From NCBI GenBank assembly GCA_010405405.1, contig MU004230.1, positions 2,080,627 through 2,144,626 on the forward strand: a stretch of 64,000 nucleotides of DNA. The letters run 5' to 3'. Numbering within the stretch: position 1 is the stretch's first letter; the number at the start of each line of letters is the position of its first letter. The notes below the pieces were generated by a model. That model was given only the letters and a program-made list of their open reading frames with translations, searched no databases and was not told the DNA's origin. Source of the stretch: Microthyrium microscopicum. Lineage: Eukaryota. The translations under genes were made by a program, and so were the position numbers. Positions 49,492-63,568 of the stretch are shown piece by piece.

Positions 49492-52400
49492 TCACACTTC
49501 CTCGTCGCTATCATCGCCCAATAATTCGCCCTCGTCTGCCACGCTCGCATAGTCGCCACGTCCTCGCGCAAAACTACTGCGACTGGTATATGTGCGTCCG
49601 CCATATCCACCGCCGAACCGCCCACTAACACTCCGCCAAACACTGCCCACCAGCAATGGTAGCGCAGCCACCAGGGCCACGAGGCCAGAGACGACGGTAA
49701 CGGGCCATGCGATCCATGGCTGCTCGCTGCTCCAAAAGCTGCCGCCGTTGCCACCCATGCTCTCACCCAGCCGGATGCGGCCGAATTTGCCATCCCATTT
49801 GCTGTACACGTAGTACCCGACTGCTGCTGCTGCGGAGATAGGAAGGACAATGGCGAAGAAGAGACCAGCACCGGATAAGCCGCGATGATGTTCTTCAAAC
49901 TCCTTTTCATGGCCGGGACATGGTTTTGATTCACCGACATATTCGAGCTCGCGGCCTGCGGCGCAGGTGGATAATGGGATTTTGCGGTATCCGGTGGGTT
50001 CGTAGTACTGTTCGAGTGACTTGTCCTCCGTGCAGACTGCCTCAGCTGGGCGAGGCGATAGACCTTGGATTAGCACACAAATATTGTCCGAAGGACGGCG
50101 TTCGTAGTTGTAATCGCTGATAATGAAGTTAGTAAAGCACGAAAGGGAGGGAAAGGTAGGCGATAACGTACCATTCAAAGTCCTGTCGCGTGCAAGTGCA
50201 ATTGCGCTCGATGTCATGCAGACGTTCAATAAGTGGACCATTGTAGCAATTGCTCTGGGGCTTCTTGCGATAGTACCTGGAGACATGGCCAAAGAGGCAG
50301 TCGACTTCATCAGTCTTGCCTGGGTGTTTGGGGCTCCAGAGTTCGTAATCGCTATCGGCGGCAGTCGGGTTCTCTTTGTCAAGTTTGCATTGCTTATCTG
50401 CAAGACCAGTGAAATCTAGGTTGACGGTAGTGAGAGCTCCGCCTTTTTTGCCCCAGAGGAGGAAGTTACGGGAATTATCTGACGGCACTGTTGTGACTCG
50501 GTCGACAGTCGTTACGCCATCATGGTCAAACTCATATTCGTGCCATTCGTCGCCCTCGTCGGTACTATACCAGACCTTATTTGTGGGGACACTTCTTGGA
50601 ACGAGGATAATGATGGACCCTTGGTCGCCGTATTCGTACATGAATGTACCCTTCATGATCGGCTTCCAGGTGATACCTCCATCTTTGGTGAGGAAGGTGT
50701 CGCCTTCATTGTAGAGGCCAAGGTATTCCCCAACATTGCCAACGCCGATCATGAGACCAACCGCAGAAGGGGAAGAAAATGTTTCGCGTGGATCCCGGCG
50801 CTCTGTGTATCCATGGAGGTGCAGGGCTTTTTTCGATAGATCACTGCCGCACTCGTAAGAGTGGCCAGTGAGGTCTTTTTCTGGACATGGCAGATAAGAC
50901 CATGTAGCGCCATCATCATGAGTAATCATTGTCTTGAGCTTCTTTCCAGCACCGCGCTTCATTTCCTCGTTATTTCCAATCACGTTGACAATAGCCACTC
51001 CCTCAATGCCTTGCATCTTCTCCCAGTCCACGTAGCCATCGCGGTTGCGGTTAACGTAGTTAACACTAACCACATAAGATGTACCATTTGAATTACTCTT
51101 GAGAATACTGCCGTATTCTTGGTTTTCCTCGCCGCTGACAGTGACATGCAGGAATACAGCATTAGTTGCGCTGTCAAGAACAGTATAAGCTGATTGGTGT
51201 TCCACTTGGAATCCAGGAGGAAATGCAGCATGAGCAAACGTTTTACCGTCAACACTTGCGTGGGCTTCAAGCCATCTGCGATCCTCGGTCTTGGCAGCAA
51301 CCACAATATACTCCGCCATGGTAGCAAATGCTACGACATCCTCAAAGACAGTCTCATGTTTGGCGAAGTTGTCCTCGCTAGAAAGCAGCTGAAGAGGGCC
51401 AGTGAGATCCTCAGCCTGCCAATGTTCGCAGTACATGAGAGTATCCTTACTCTGGCGTCCTTCGCGGTACATGAACTGGCATCTCTTGACCCATGGCATC
51501 AAAAGATCCCAACTGTCATCAGCTCCGTTCTTCTTTGAGACATGAGCAGTGACATGGCAGTTTGAGCGATCAGATGGGTGACAATCTTGGTTTCCCGTCC
51601 AAATGAGCCAATCGGGATATTGTTCGTGGAAGGAGAGAATGGGTAGACCTTTCAAATTTGGAATATCAGGCGCATCAAAATAGTGAACGTCCTGTCCTCG
51701 GTTTTTGGAGTAGTAGACCTTTTGGCTCAGTGTGATGAAGTAGACGTAGTCGTTGTTGTATGTATGGGGGTAGATGGCGTAGATTTCTTCATCACCAGGA
51801 GTAGCTTTGTCCCAATTCTTGCCATGGTCATGAGTGATCCACGCCTCATGTCTATCTGTCAAGAGAACAACAGATTCATCGGTTCCAGAGGCAATATCTC
51901 CTCCACGCTCAAGATAATACATGGATAAAAAGTGTTGACCTCTGAAGTCTTTGAACGTGCTGGTCACCTTTCCAGTAGCGGGAGCTGCAAATACATCTTT
52001 GCAGGGGCGTTCTTCGAGGTCATCTTTTTGCTTGCCACCGGTACGTTTGCAATCGTCACCCGGAATGAGCCTCCATCCTGAGCTCCCTTGGAAGTTGCCC
52101 TCACGATCCTTGCACTGGACTTTTGGATCCAGAATACGGCCAGCCGGAACGCATTCTTTGCCTTCGCGACGAAAGTTGAAGTCGCACTCGAAATCCATAT
52201 CAGTACATTCGCAAGGCTCGTTCAATGGCAAGGCTTCCTTGAATTCTTGCTGGACGAAACATTCTGCACCCGGCTTTCTTCTGCGGAAGTGCTGCTTGTG
52301 GCCCATCAAACACTGAGGCTCGCCTTTGTCGTTCTTACGCGCATACCAATCTTCAAAGTCGCCATCGTTACACTTGCGCTCATGGAGTCCTTTGAAATCC

Positions 52401-53977
52401 AGTGAAATCGCCCACCAGTTGTGCTCTTCATCACGTCCAGTAGCAACAAATCTCAGAGCAGTCGAGTCAGGAATCGTAGTAAGCTCGAACAATTGAACTT
52501 TCTTGCCAAGCGAGGTTTTCTTCCACGATTTCCCGTGGTCCAAGGAATAGGATGCCTCGTCAGTCAATACGCCATCTTTGATCGCAAGGAGAATCGAGCC
52601 CTGGTCGCCAAATTCATACTTGTGTGGACCCTGAAGGTCAGCTTTAATCCAAGTCTTTCCAGCATCGTCTGAAACAAAAACGTTCGCATCTTTGAATGCC
52701 TCGAGATATTCACCAGTGTTTCCATTGCCCATGACAATACCAGCTGCTGGGCTAGAAAACACTCGTCCGCTATTTCGAAGCTCGGTAACAGAGTGTAGGT
52801 GTAATTCATCATTGCCAACTTTCAGACTCTCGAAAGTTCGACCGTCATCAAAGGTGATCTTGGTCTTGTCCTTCTTGCGGGTGGTTCTCGGGTGAGCTTC
52901 AAGATCTTTCCAGTTTTCAACCTCATTGACGAGAAATATGCCTTGGATATTTTGAACCTTTTCAAAATCCATAATTCCGTTCCTGTTTCTACTGGCATGT
53001 TCGATAGATTTTGTAAAGTAGGTACCGTTTGAGTTGCTGGTAAAAAGTACACCCATTGGCACATCGGCGTTAGGCGTAACCTGAACCTGAATACTGTAGT
53101 TCGTACCTTCCAGAATGGTGTATGCATTTTCGTCAATCTGGTGATCGCCAAATTCAGCCCGATGCCAAGTTTCTGTATCTCGAGATACGTATAGAGCCAG
53201 TTCGGTGGATCCTTGTGCCTTGGCTGCTGCAACAACAAAGCTCTTCACAGAAGCGATATTGACCATGCCAGAAACAGTGCGACCAGACGACATGACCGGC
53301 TCATGGGAGTTCTTGAAGAAATTGTCCGATATCATGAGCTTGTAGTCTTTCATGCGGGTACTATAACGCCCTTCGACAACGCAAAGAGTTCGGTCAAGAT
53401 CCTTCTGCTTATCGCCAGTTGTAAACAAATCCGTCGACTTTGCCCAATTACAGGTTCGGCGCCGCGCATGAAGGATGTCATTAGATTTAAAGCCGTCGGT
53501 AGTATAATAAGTCTTTCCAATCGTGGAGCCACCGAAAAAAGTGCTGTCGAAAGTGTTGAAAAGCATACGCTTCGGGTCATCCCAATGGAAGACAATCGGA
53601 TCATTGATGCTGGGCCCCTCGGGAGTTGTAAATGTTCGCCAGCTCTTCCCTTGATCTTCGGTAATCCAGTGTGTAAGGCCCGCTCCAACAATCACTGCCA
53701 CTTGGTTGTCGCGCGGATGCAATGCAATGATCAGGGCCTTTCCCTTATCCGGCCCATCGACAGCTGTCCAGTCCTGGCCAGCATTGGTAGTCCGAAATAC
53801 CGTGTCAACTCCTAAGTCTATTGTGAGGGCTGTCTCTGAATCTTCAAAGAACATGAGGGTTTCCGGATGATTCTTGAATTCGTAGCTTGCGTGAGACACA
53901 TCGGGTCCATCTTTAGCAGCTACGAGGGACCCAGCCGCAAGTATGCATAGGGCCCCCAACGATTGTAGCAACCGCAT
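49492..53977 (-). CDS. VPS10: Vacuolar protein sorting receptor Vps10 (intron 50171-50117)
   Basis: Signal peptide, two sortilin/BNR-repeat domains (SNSNGT, LHLH, YEFGDQGSI), Cys-rich 10CC modules, TM helix, tail GRIRLGE. Confidence 0.96.
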
Positions 53978-54726
53978 CTTGTGATTTATAGGAGCGCGCT
54001 GGGCGCGGAGGAAGAGGGGGTAGCCAATTCGGGGGGTGTAGCTTAAAGGAGGAAATAGGTGTAAACGTCAGACATGCGCAGTGGATGTATCAGGCGGATT
54101 CACAAGCTGGTAATGAGGTGGTCAAGAGGTGTAAGAGCGTTCAGTAGAGATAGGAAGAGAAACAGAAGGCTAGATGAATATTAGGAGAGATGCTAAGGAC
54201 TTGAAGCGCGGAGGTGGAGTTGTTCTGTAACTTCCAGGTTGTCCTCTGCGAAGACTCGCAGGCTGCTGTTTCCAGGATGAGTGATTTGGTGGAGCTTGGA
54301 GGCGCAATTCGCCCCAGCCCGTTTGACAATATAGCCGTCCCCAGCCATGCCGTCTACGCTTCACTATGGACGACATGCCCTTGCCTTTTTTTCTTCAATT
54401 CTTGCAAAAAATGATAAGCTAGTATCGCAAGAGCTGAGTGATGTTGCTTTACTATGGTATTCAAGCTTTTTATACAATAAAGTTGAATTGCAAAGTACGT
54501 TCAAAGATGCTTTGAGCTTCAGGAACTAAGTAGCCTTATTGCCAAAACGGGGCCAGCTATTTTGCGAGTTTCATGCAATTGCCTGAATCCGCGTCATCTC
54601 GGCTGATGTATGCACACCCGATCTGCTTCCCGAAATCCCGAGCCTTTATTTATCCCTTACTAAGCAAGGCTGAAATGAGCTCTCATTTTTATGTTGCCAT
54701 TCTTGTCAAGTGTTCCAACTTCTACC

Positions 54727-55161
54727 TTATATAACAATGCACGAGAAAAGTGCCAGTGCGATTGTCACACCTCCCATAAAGCTCAAATGGTTGCCCCGTT
54801 CTTGCCCAGATGTGACTCCACAGCCAAATCCCATACTGTCGGTGGAGAAGCCAAGGTCGTTTTCAATGTCTTGCTGGACGCAAGTGCTCCAAGCATTCAA
54901 CGCCGTATCCGTTTTGCAGAATTGTGTGCAGTTCTGCCATATTTGCACTGGATTTCCACCACAACAATTTTGCTGCAAGCCCGTCAACTCGTAGGGGAAA
55001 TTGATTTGACAATAATGGCTGCCACTGGGGAAGCCTGTCGTATGATTAATGGGAATGACAGGCCCAGCATTGATATGACATCTATTCGCTTCGCTGGTCG
55101 GTATTGGCTTGAGGACTGATGTTGTTGGACTTGGCGCCAGGCTGCGTGTTGAGGAGTTCAT
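54727..55161 (-). CDS. Small Cys-rich protein with hydrophobic C-terminal tail
   Basis: 144-aa ORF, 8-Cys core (C..C..CC..C...C..C..C), GPI-signal-like C-terminus, no evident signal peptide. Confidence 0.65.
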   Translation of the reverse strand: MNSSTRSLAPSPTTSVLKPIPTSEANRCHINAGPVIPINHTTGFPSGSHYCQINFPYELTGLQQNCCGGNPVQIWQNCTQFCKTDTALNAWSTCVQQDIENDLGFSTDSMGFGCGVTSGQERGNHLSFMGGVTIALALFSCIVI

Positions 55162-56650
55162 GACGGTTAACGTGGTTGTTGTTTGGTATGGCTCTTATGC
55201 TGTTATACTGATAGCACTAGATTTGAAGCAAAGTATTATGTACGAGTGTCGATATGGTGGAAAAGAATCGAGGATTGTTGAGGTTAAGTTGGCTCTTGGA
55301 GGATCTACTGCGCCGTCGGATAAATGGTTCCTTTTGATCCTAGGTATGACATGTCGATCTTCCTATGGATCTGATGTTACCTACCAACTGCTCCATTTGA
55401 AGATTTTGAAAATCATGGTCGCGATAAGAATTGTCCTCGCCGCATTTGTTGAGAATCATGGTCCAATCAAACCCAAAATAGAACAGGTCAACAAGGATTT
55501 ATATAACACAGTCAAGGGATGGGCTTTATGAGCAGCGTTCTATCGATCCATCGTACTGGGATGTGAGTAAACACTTTAGTGTTTCGAGTTCTCTTCTTAA
55601 CCCCAGAACTTCATGGCGAGTATGCATCTGTTGAATATCCGATCGATCACTGCTTCATTGCCAATGCTTGCAGAAAGTCGGTGATCATGTTATGTAGGTA
55701 GCCAAACCCTGAAATATGATTGCTTCTTGGGGATGAAATCAAGTGTCAAAGTCCCATCCTATTCGATCTTCTGAAATCATATCTACGTACGGGACGGGAA
55801 ACAAAGCAGTCGAAAACATGATGTAGCAGGTGGAACATAAACAAGCTGATGAAGGCGGGCCATTGAATTCGTCGGTCAGTTGCATGCTAGCAGAACGGAA
55901 AGTTAGTGCTTTCCCCAAACTTTAGGCGGAACAGAAATGGCATCGCAATGAAGCTTTCTACAGGACCTATTCTGTTCATAGTTGGTCAAGCCGACCACTT
56001 CATAAAAGTTGCGACATAGAAATGCATCCTGTCACTTGGAGCTCTTCAGAGAAGGATATATAAAGAGGATTGATCTCTTATTTCCTCCATCTGTGCAAAC
56101 AGGAATATGGGACCGTGATCATCCAGAATGAGTAAGCATGTTTCCTTATCATGACTAGGTGATGTAAGTCTCCCCGCCGCTTTAGTTGCAGACATGTTGA
56201 GCGGGCGGTTGACAGCTTTCGAAGCAGACGGCTCACTCACATTCTATAGAGCTCAAGATTGGCTCATAGAATTACAACAATATGATCCTAGGGGAATGGA
56301 CGGACGTGAGCTAAGCTTCGCTATTGCTTTTACACGTATGGTACAAGCAGTACTGAGTAACGTTTAGTTCCCCAAAATATGTACACTCATCAGACTATAA
56401 GAGAGAAAGTATTCGCTATCGAGCTTGTTTAACAATCTCCTCGGCAATATCACACTCCCATCTGCGTAACTTACCTTCTAATTCCAAGGATATGTACTAC
56501 TAGTCAGTGCGTATTGTTTTAGACTGCTTTGGTGCGTAACCCCGACTCCTGGCGTCTGCGACGCCTTCTTGACGGCCTACCCCATCGTCACTTCAACCTC
56601 CCCTTCACAATGATGCAAAACTAGGTTAGAGAATAGATCCATTGATAATA

Positions 56651-56880
56651 CACCCGTTTGTAGAAAGTCGTTGCGTTTTTGACACCCCCCTCCCCCCCTA
56701 TGTTGGTTTTCAAACAGAACCACCAATTACACGTAAAGTAGCCTATATTTTCAAAGGTAGAAGCTTCTGAGTAGGTACTAAACTTTAGAACGGAAGACAT
56801 AATTGGTTGGATTTTGCAATATTTAGCACGGAAACCTAAGGGGGGTGTCAACTCGCGCAGCAACTTTCTACAAACGGGTG
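56651..56880. mobile_element. MITE-like element, 230 bp
   Basis: Imperfect ~41-bp TIRs CACCCGTTTGTAGAAAGT...TTGACACCCCCCT (first 18 bp perfect); TA on the left flank, AA on the right. Confidence 0.8.
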
Positions 56881-57154
56881 AAGTAATCCTCCAGCGTGAC
56901 ACGCAATCACACCAGATCTCAATCTTGCGAAGCCAATGTTGCTCCTGTATGTGCTACCGAACACAGACGACAGTCTGCCGCTGATTCCATCCTCATCTAT
57001 CATTCCTAAAGATATACTTATACAATCATATCTGGGTAGGTACCAAGTACTATTTCTTGCTTTCTGCACCACTGTTGGCCCATCCACCATATAACACATG
57101 TAGGCACCTACCTGATAGCCAAGTGGGTAGGTCTCGATGTCAGTATTCAGCAAT

Positions 57155-59304
57155 TCAAGTAACTGCTGGGATGCCATTTTTGTCAACACGTCTGCGCTGT
57201 CTTGTAGTGGCAGTAGTAGTACCATCTTGATATCTCTTCCGTTTGCGCCCTCCACCTGTTTCTGTCTGCTGTGTTTGACTCACCAAGCTCTCACAATCAG
57301 TTGGCAATGTAAAGCTGCTTTCAATACTCCCGGCGCTCGAAACAGGCTCATTGATTTGGTCCATGATAGCGTCAACAAACACTTCAATCAGGGCGTCCAG
57401 CACTAAATTATCTTCCCCCTTTGAGGCGACGGAAGCGACTTCGCTCAAGTTATCAAGGTACATATCGTCGAATGGCTCTGCATTGGCCATGTCTGCCACG
57501 GTTTCCTCCACCTTTGGCTCCTTCTTTGGAGCTGTAGAAGGAGTCGAATGGACTTCTGCGAGCGTGTCGCTAGGCCCCTCAAGCAATCCACTACCTCGAA
57601 GGCAATAGCATTTATTGTATTGCTTCTTGGCACCGGTGCACAATTCCTCTAGTACTTTCCCATCAACGAGATGATGGTGAACAACAGCAGCACCCTGGAG
57701 CAGAATCAACAAAGAGCCCGGGGTATCCGCAAGTTTGATCAATGTTGTATTTGAGGGGATATCGCATTGTCGTTCATGCCCCTGTAGGCAATGGAGCTCG
57801 TGCTGTTTTGACTTAGTGTCAATATGTGATCTATTTCATGGTGACTGACGCCAGGGAAAATGGCGCATAGCGGCCGACATACCTTTTTACTAAAACCAAG
57901 TAGTTTCTGATGCGGCAGGTCCATGTCTATCAAGCATATGGCAGGTAAAGCTGCCGCCAGGCCATCTGTGGGCTCCATGGCGATGCAACGTTCCATCATC
58001 TCGGTTGCAATGTTTTTCAAGAGATTTTGATTAGCCTCACTAAGCGGTCTTTTGAACCCACTCGAAAGTAAACACCATGAGTCGTCACTGGTGTAGTTTT
58101 TGTGGTGCTATGAACCGTCAATATTGGTGGAATTACTCACAATTATATCGAGCTCTCATACTTGGATCTTAGCTTCTGTATTTTGATCTTGTAGAATCTG
58201 CAGCATCTCATAAGATGGTCCCAACATACTTCGCTTCCACGGCTGCTGCGGATCCAATTTGATCAGCGGGATGGCAAGCAGGTGTTCACAGCAATTCCAC
58301 AAGCGACAAGGAAGTAGGGCAACCGCTCTGAGGTCACCTTTGGTCATGTCTGGAGAGGATAGCTTCCAAAGGGGCAGTCGCAGTCTTATCGTCTGTTGCG
58401 TCAAGTACAAGGCCAGGGGCTTTTCTGGGAAGAATACTACATCTCCACAAGACCGAAAAGCGCTAGGATGATTTGCCAGAGTAGACCAAATCTGGACTTC
58501 TTTTGCTCCAGTGGTATCCGGTGTCCCAGCCCAAGCTAAAAGCGAAAGATCCATCGTACGTGTCAGTATCTCCATCTGGAGCCGTAGGAATGCTTTTTCT
58601 CCTTCCCCGTACAACAGTGGCATGTTGATGTCGAATATTCCGAGCAGACAATATGCATTGTCCTCAAGTCTTCTAGTCTGCCGCGTCGCAGCCCATGACA
58701 TTCGTTGCGCAACGCTGAATTGAGATATAGTGCTTGAATCCAGGCACACTTGTTTGGGGATTCTTGTTAAATCACTGATCATATCAACCAGAGTTTCTCG
58801 CGACCCTAATGGGGTCCAGACCGCGTCGTAAAAACGCAACTCGCGAGGAGCAATGAGTTCCTGAAGTGTCCATCCCCTGGTGAACCAACGACTCAGTCGG
58901 AAGGAATTGTCTGGAAATTCCGAAAGATCTGGCTTCTCTAAGCTATCTGAGCTGTCTTGAACAACATCAGACAGATATGCATAGCACACTGCGGCGTCTT
59001 GATACCAGCGAAACATGGAATTGATAGCCTCAGAGAGCTCAGCAGCGCTAGACTTGTCAATGCAGCATGTATCGATCCAGAGATAAGTCAGGCCATCCTC
59101 GAACGTCTGTCTCGTAGCGCATGCAATCTTGTTGTATCCTTTGCGTTGCTGCAGGTCACTCGAAGATAGGTTCATGAGATCTCTGAAGGTGACTTCATCC
59201 TCATCGTCTCCCCAAGTGTGTGAAAGTATTGCATAAGTTGGAATCTCAGCTTCTTCGAAACTCGATAGCTCAAGTCCGTTGTCTGTCCATCGGAGAAGCC
59301 GCAT
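57155..59304 (-). CDS. HET-domain protein, 3 exons (introns 58161-58108, 57882-57803)
   Basis: MRLL, YAILSHTWG, WIDTCCIDKSSAAELSEAINSMFRWY, SRWFTRGWTLQELIAP, SVAQRMSWAA.RQT.R.ED.AYCLLGIF..NMPLLYGEG..AF.RLQ; downstream ORFs join in frame via GTATG..AG introns. Confidence 0.88.
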
Positions 59305-59830
59305 AGCGTACGGAGTGCGAGTGATGTGTTCGATTCGAGTTGAGTGTGTCCGCTTCGTGTCGAGAAGAATTGGTCCGTATGGATATTATTCGAGGCAAAT
59401 CACAAGAAATGAACAGTGCAAGAAGCCGCGGGCATAAAGTGAGCAGCTGTATATATAATACGACTGCATGAACTGCGACCAGAAGGCAATGATTCGTCAG
59501 GCTGACACCACGTAGAAGCGCCTTGCGCATCCTGCATGCTGCCAGTTGCGCTCTGCGCAGTGAGCGCATCAGCCGACGAACATCGCTTTCGAGTTAGGCG
59601 CTATCCGAGTCAAATTGAGGCTTAGGAAAGCGCTATCATGTCCGGCTCGCGCATTGCTCCAAGATCTGTCAAGTGCATCTGGAAGAGCATTCACAAACCA
59701 AAGCAGACTGTGGGACCTGAAGCCTTATCACTTTGGCGATACCGAAACCTCGTCGTCAATTTACATTCCCTTCGTGTTTACGCTTTCTGCCCCGACGACA
59801 ACAGACAAAGAAATTGATCCCTCAAGCTCC

Positions 59831-61019
59831 ATGAAACGACAACGCCTTTCCAAAGCGGCCCATCAGCCCTTGACTACACCATTGCCAGTCGACAGCTCCA
59901 CTGTAGTTTCTAGTTTACCCAGACTTGCCTGTCCGTTCGTCAAAGAGTTTGGGTCGCAGGGAGTCCAGAAGCAAGCTTGTATCGGTCAAGGCTTCAAGAC
60001 CACGCATAGAGTCAAGTAAGCACGATGTCTAAGGCCGCCCATTGCATCCTAAATCGGAGCATGGCACTAACCATCTTGACAGAGAACACCTCCATCGCTG
60101 CCATGAGCCTCCTATCGCCTGTCCTCGTTGCCATCTCGAGTTGCCTCAGGATGATGAGTTAGAGACACATTTGAACAATGAGCCGATATGTGATAAAAAG
60201 CCTGCGCCTTCGAACCTTCGACCAGTCCTGATGACAAGAATGCAAATGAGAGAACTAGGAAAAAGGCGAAAGAGTAATGTAAGCGAGGAAAGCCAGTGGA
60301 AGGCAATCTATCAAATCCTGTTCCCAGATCAAACGGTGGTACCGTCTCCATGTTAGTTTACTGCGCATCGTAGGCGTCGCCTTCTGTCAGGCTAATTTTT
60401 CCTAGACGTCCAAGATAATGAGCGCGAATACCAACAGCATATGCGGACTGAACTCACTGTGGAACTTAAGAAGCTTCTTGTAGCTGGAGTCTTAAGGAAC
60501 ACAGATTTTGAGGGTGTGCGTGCCAACCTCCGTACACTTCTGGAAAGTGCTATCGACAGCGGACTGGTTGATAAAGCGGTGAACCGTGCGACACAAAGTT
60601 TCAAGAGACCACGCTCGTCTTCTGATGATGAGAGTCAAAGTGATGAGATCAGTTGCCCTGACTCTGTTCTACCCAAAGAGGTACCGAACGAAGATGATGA
60701 TGAGAACCGGATCGGCCCAACAACAGAGTCTTTATCATCACTTCAGAGAGACGCCGCGTATAACTCTATAACCTCTCCTCACCTGCATTCGGCCTCCTCA
60801 ATCAACTTGCCCACGTTACAATGGAATCCTCGACTTGACCTCAACGCTAGTAGTAGTGAAGCAACAAAATGGTCATTCGAAAATGGTGACTGTTCACGAA
60901 CACTCGAAACACCACACCAAATCCCGGGACAAGCAGTCGACGACTGGCTGCTATTACAATTAGAGCCTTCTTCACCACGTCCAGTCGATTCACAGGATTA
61001 TGGAGCTGTTGAAGAATGA
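59831..61019 (+). CDS. Fungal C2H2-type zinc-finger protein (introns 60016-60082, 60352-60405)
   Basis: Spliced LACPF...C...GF...HRVKEHLHRCH...CPRC.......L..H......C...WKAIYQILFP...PSPY. Confidence 0.8.
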
Positions 61020-61786
61020 TGGAACCATGGAACGGACAAGGACAGCACAACTATACGTTTCATCTTCGGATCTGATCTTTTGGGTGCAGAAGATCGACCA
61101 AATCACATCGATATCTCCGGTACGTACCTATCCATCTTGGCTCCTCTGTATCGACGTGGCAATGGCCATCGCTCCTAATCTCTCAGCTGACGCCAACGTT
61201 TACAAAGACCATGACTGGTTTAGATCGAACACTGAACAGACGTTCTTTCTTATTTGTCCCTTTCCTGTACTCAAGTTCCAAAAAATACCCAGATATTATA
61301 CTTGCCCGTGGAACTTGTCGAAGCCTGGGCCCACAAGGCACGGTACCCACCATCAGGTTAGTTCACGTATCTAGTCAGTATATCTACCTTGTTGAAGCTC
61401 ATCTTTGCAAGGTGAGATATACTCTATCAGGTTATATCAATGTACCAGGTAGGTATATATCCGCTACACACCCTCATCAAAGCTCGACTCGGTAAGGTTA
61501 TTTTTCACTAAATAGATTTATTATTTTCTATCAATTGTAGCGCAGTTTGAATCAACGTAAATAAATTACTGTTTAAAGGAATCCACGTTCTATATACATC
61601 TTCTATATTCTCACGATATGGTGGTTTTGGAACTAAACATACATATTAAAAGATTGTTCTGGCCTCGTCCACTAGTAGCGTCCTGTCAACATAAATTGGG
61701 TTGATTCATATGTAGGCTGACTTGTGCTGTGGCGATGTCTTTGTACTCATCCCGTCAGAATAAAAGCATTCAGATCTTGTCCCGAT

Positions 61787-63568
61787 CTACTGTGGAGTAG
61801 AATGACACAAATCAAACAGAGCAGCACCAACAAGATGTTGGCTTCCCGTTACCAAGACTTGCATCCCACCACTGGTCTGGCCAATTTCCTGTGCTTTCTC
61901 GATACTCTGGTGCACAGTCGGCTCATACGTGATGGCTGATTGTGGTTGATGTTCTTGCCATATTTCAGCGAACTGTTGAAACTCAGGCCCGAAATCAGGT
62001 GTCACATCTACAGCTTGTGAGCAGTTGCATTTCATTTTGAGTATAGTTATTACCTGCGACAGATTCCAGGTCTTGGTCAGCTTCATAAACAGTCAATACC
62101 AAGTGCTGAATGTTAACATCGCTCAGAGCTTCTGCTAGTTTCCTGAAGGTATCTGTAGAAGAGCGTTGATCGCTGATCTGACTGAAGATCAGTATCTTCT
62201 CCGAAGAGACGCTAAAAATCTTAGTATGACTATCAGACTGTTGAATAAGACTATGACTTACCTTTCACGCTCAGTTTCTTCTTTGAACCATGCTGCAGCT
62301 TCCACGACGCTCATTTCGTTATGAGCACCGTCCAGATACCATTGTGAAGTCCCTTCTGTGACCCTTTGAAATCTTCCGGGCCAGGAGAACTGTTTTACCC
62401 CTTTGACAATATCATCCTTAACTAATGGCAATTTGTCAGGAGACTTTTCAAAGATGAATGCTCGAGCCACCGCCAGCGCAAGCGAGCAATTCAGTCGCTG
62501 GACTTTTGGTGATAGACCAATTCCATCGAGAGATGGGTCGTAATCAACGAACTTCAGATCCGTTGCTCTTTCGATCGATCTCTTACGCAACACCTCCGCG
62601 GCTTCTTCTGCCTGTGGAGCTGAGAAGGCCTTTGCTCCAGATTTCATGATACCTGCTTTATGCCATGCGATATTCTCGAGCTTCGGGCCAAGTTGTGCAA
62701 CGTGATCCATACCTAGCGAAGCTATTGCAGTCACCACAGGCTGTTCCACGACATTTGTTGCATCGAATTCTCCTCCATGATGAGTTTCAATGACAGCAGC
62801 ATCTACTCCTTCGCGGATAAAGGCATGCAAAGCTACAAGAAGGAACAGCTGAAGGTATCTTGGTCGTGCCAAAACTCCTACATCTTGTAGTGATAGCGCG
62901 TCATATACTTCGAAAAAGTATTTTGCAAGGAGGTTTCGCTTGATCGGATCGGAATTTATCCTTATTCGCTCCTCGGGGAAGATCAAATGTGGTGAGCTGT
63001 ATAAGCCGACTTTCTTCGGAAAGCCTACTCGTTCTGAGTAGGACATGAGCAGGGAGCTGGTGAAAGCACAAGTGCTGCCTTTGCCTTTGGTGCCAGCTAC
63101 ATGTATCACATTTAGCTTATTGATATCGGAGAGCTGGAAGATGTTAGAATCTTTGGCACAAAATCACGGTGGTCTGATAACGAGGCAGAACAAGCAGTAA
63201 TACAACAGGTACAAACCATACAATTATACCTTGAACATTGGAACCATTAACATGACTTACTGAGTGACCAATTTTCTCCAACCAGCCTTTCATACCATCC
63301 AGACTGGAGACCCCTCGAAACCCAGCATTTTCATCGCCATTTGGACCACGCTGATGAGAAGAGTCCTTGACACGCGTGATCTCTGCACTCGGTCGTTGTG
63401 GGCGACGTCTTTGTTTTATAAGCCTAATAGCATTCTGCCGTTGTGTTAGCCCGGGTTCTACAAACTATCGAACAAGGCGCTATCAAGGCTATGGAAATGG
63501 GGTAAGGGGAAACAGTTTACCTTGTAGGATCGGTCGACAACCTTTTCATTGATACTGCGGAGAGACAT
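61787..63568 (-). CDS. Folylpolyglutamate synthase (Met7/FolC family), multi-exon
   Basis: LNVIHVAGTKGKGSTCAF, GLYSSPHL, ERIRIN, GGEFDATN, IAWHKAGIMK, WPGRFQ, WYLDGAHN, VLVTGSQHLVG. Confidence 0.92.

Noticed and set aside
41097..53815. Many antisense ORFs over INCENP and VPS10
   Set aside because: Shadow ORFs of long coding exons
56848..57255. 135-aa ORF overlapping the HET gene end
   Set aside because: Different frame, non-ATG start, ends inside the MITE; no splice link found
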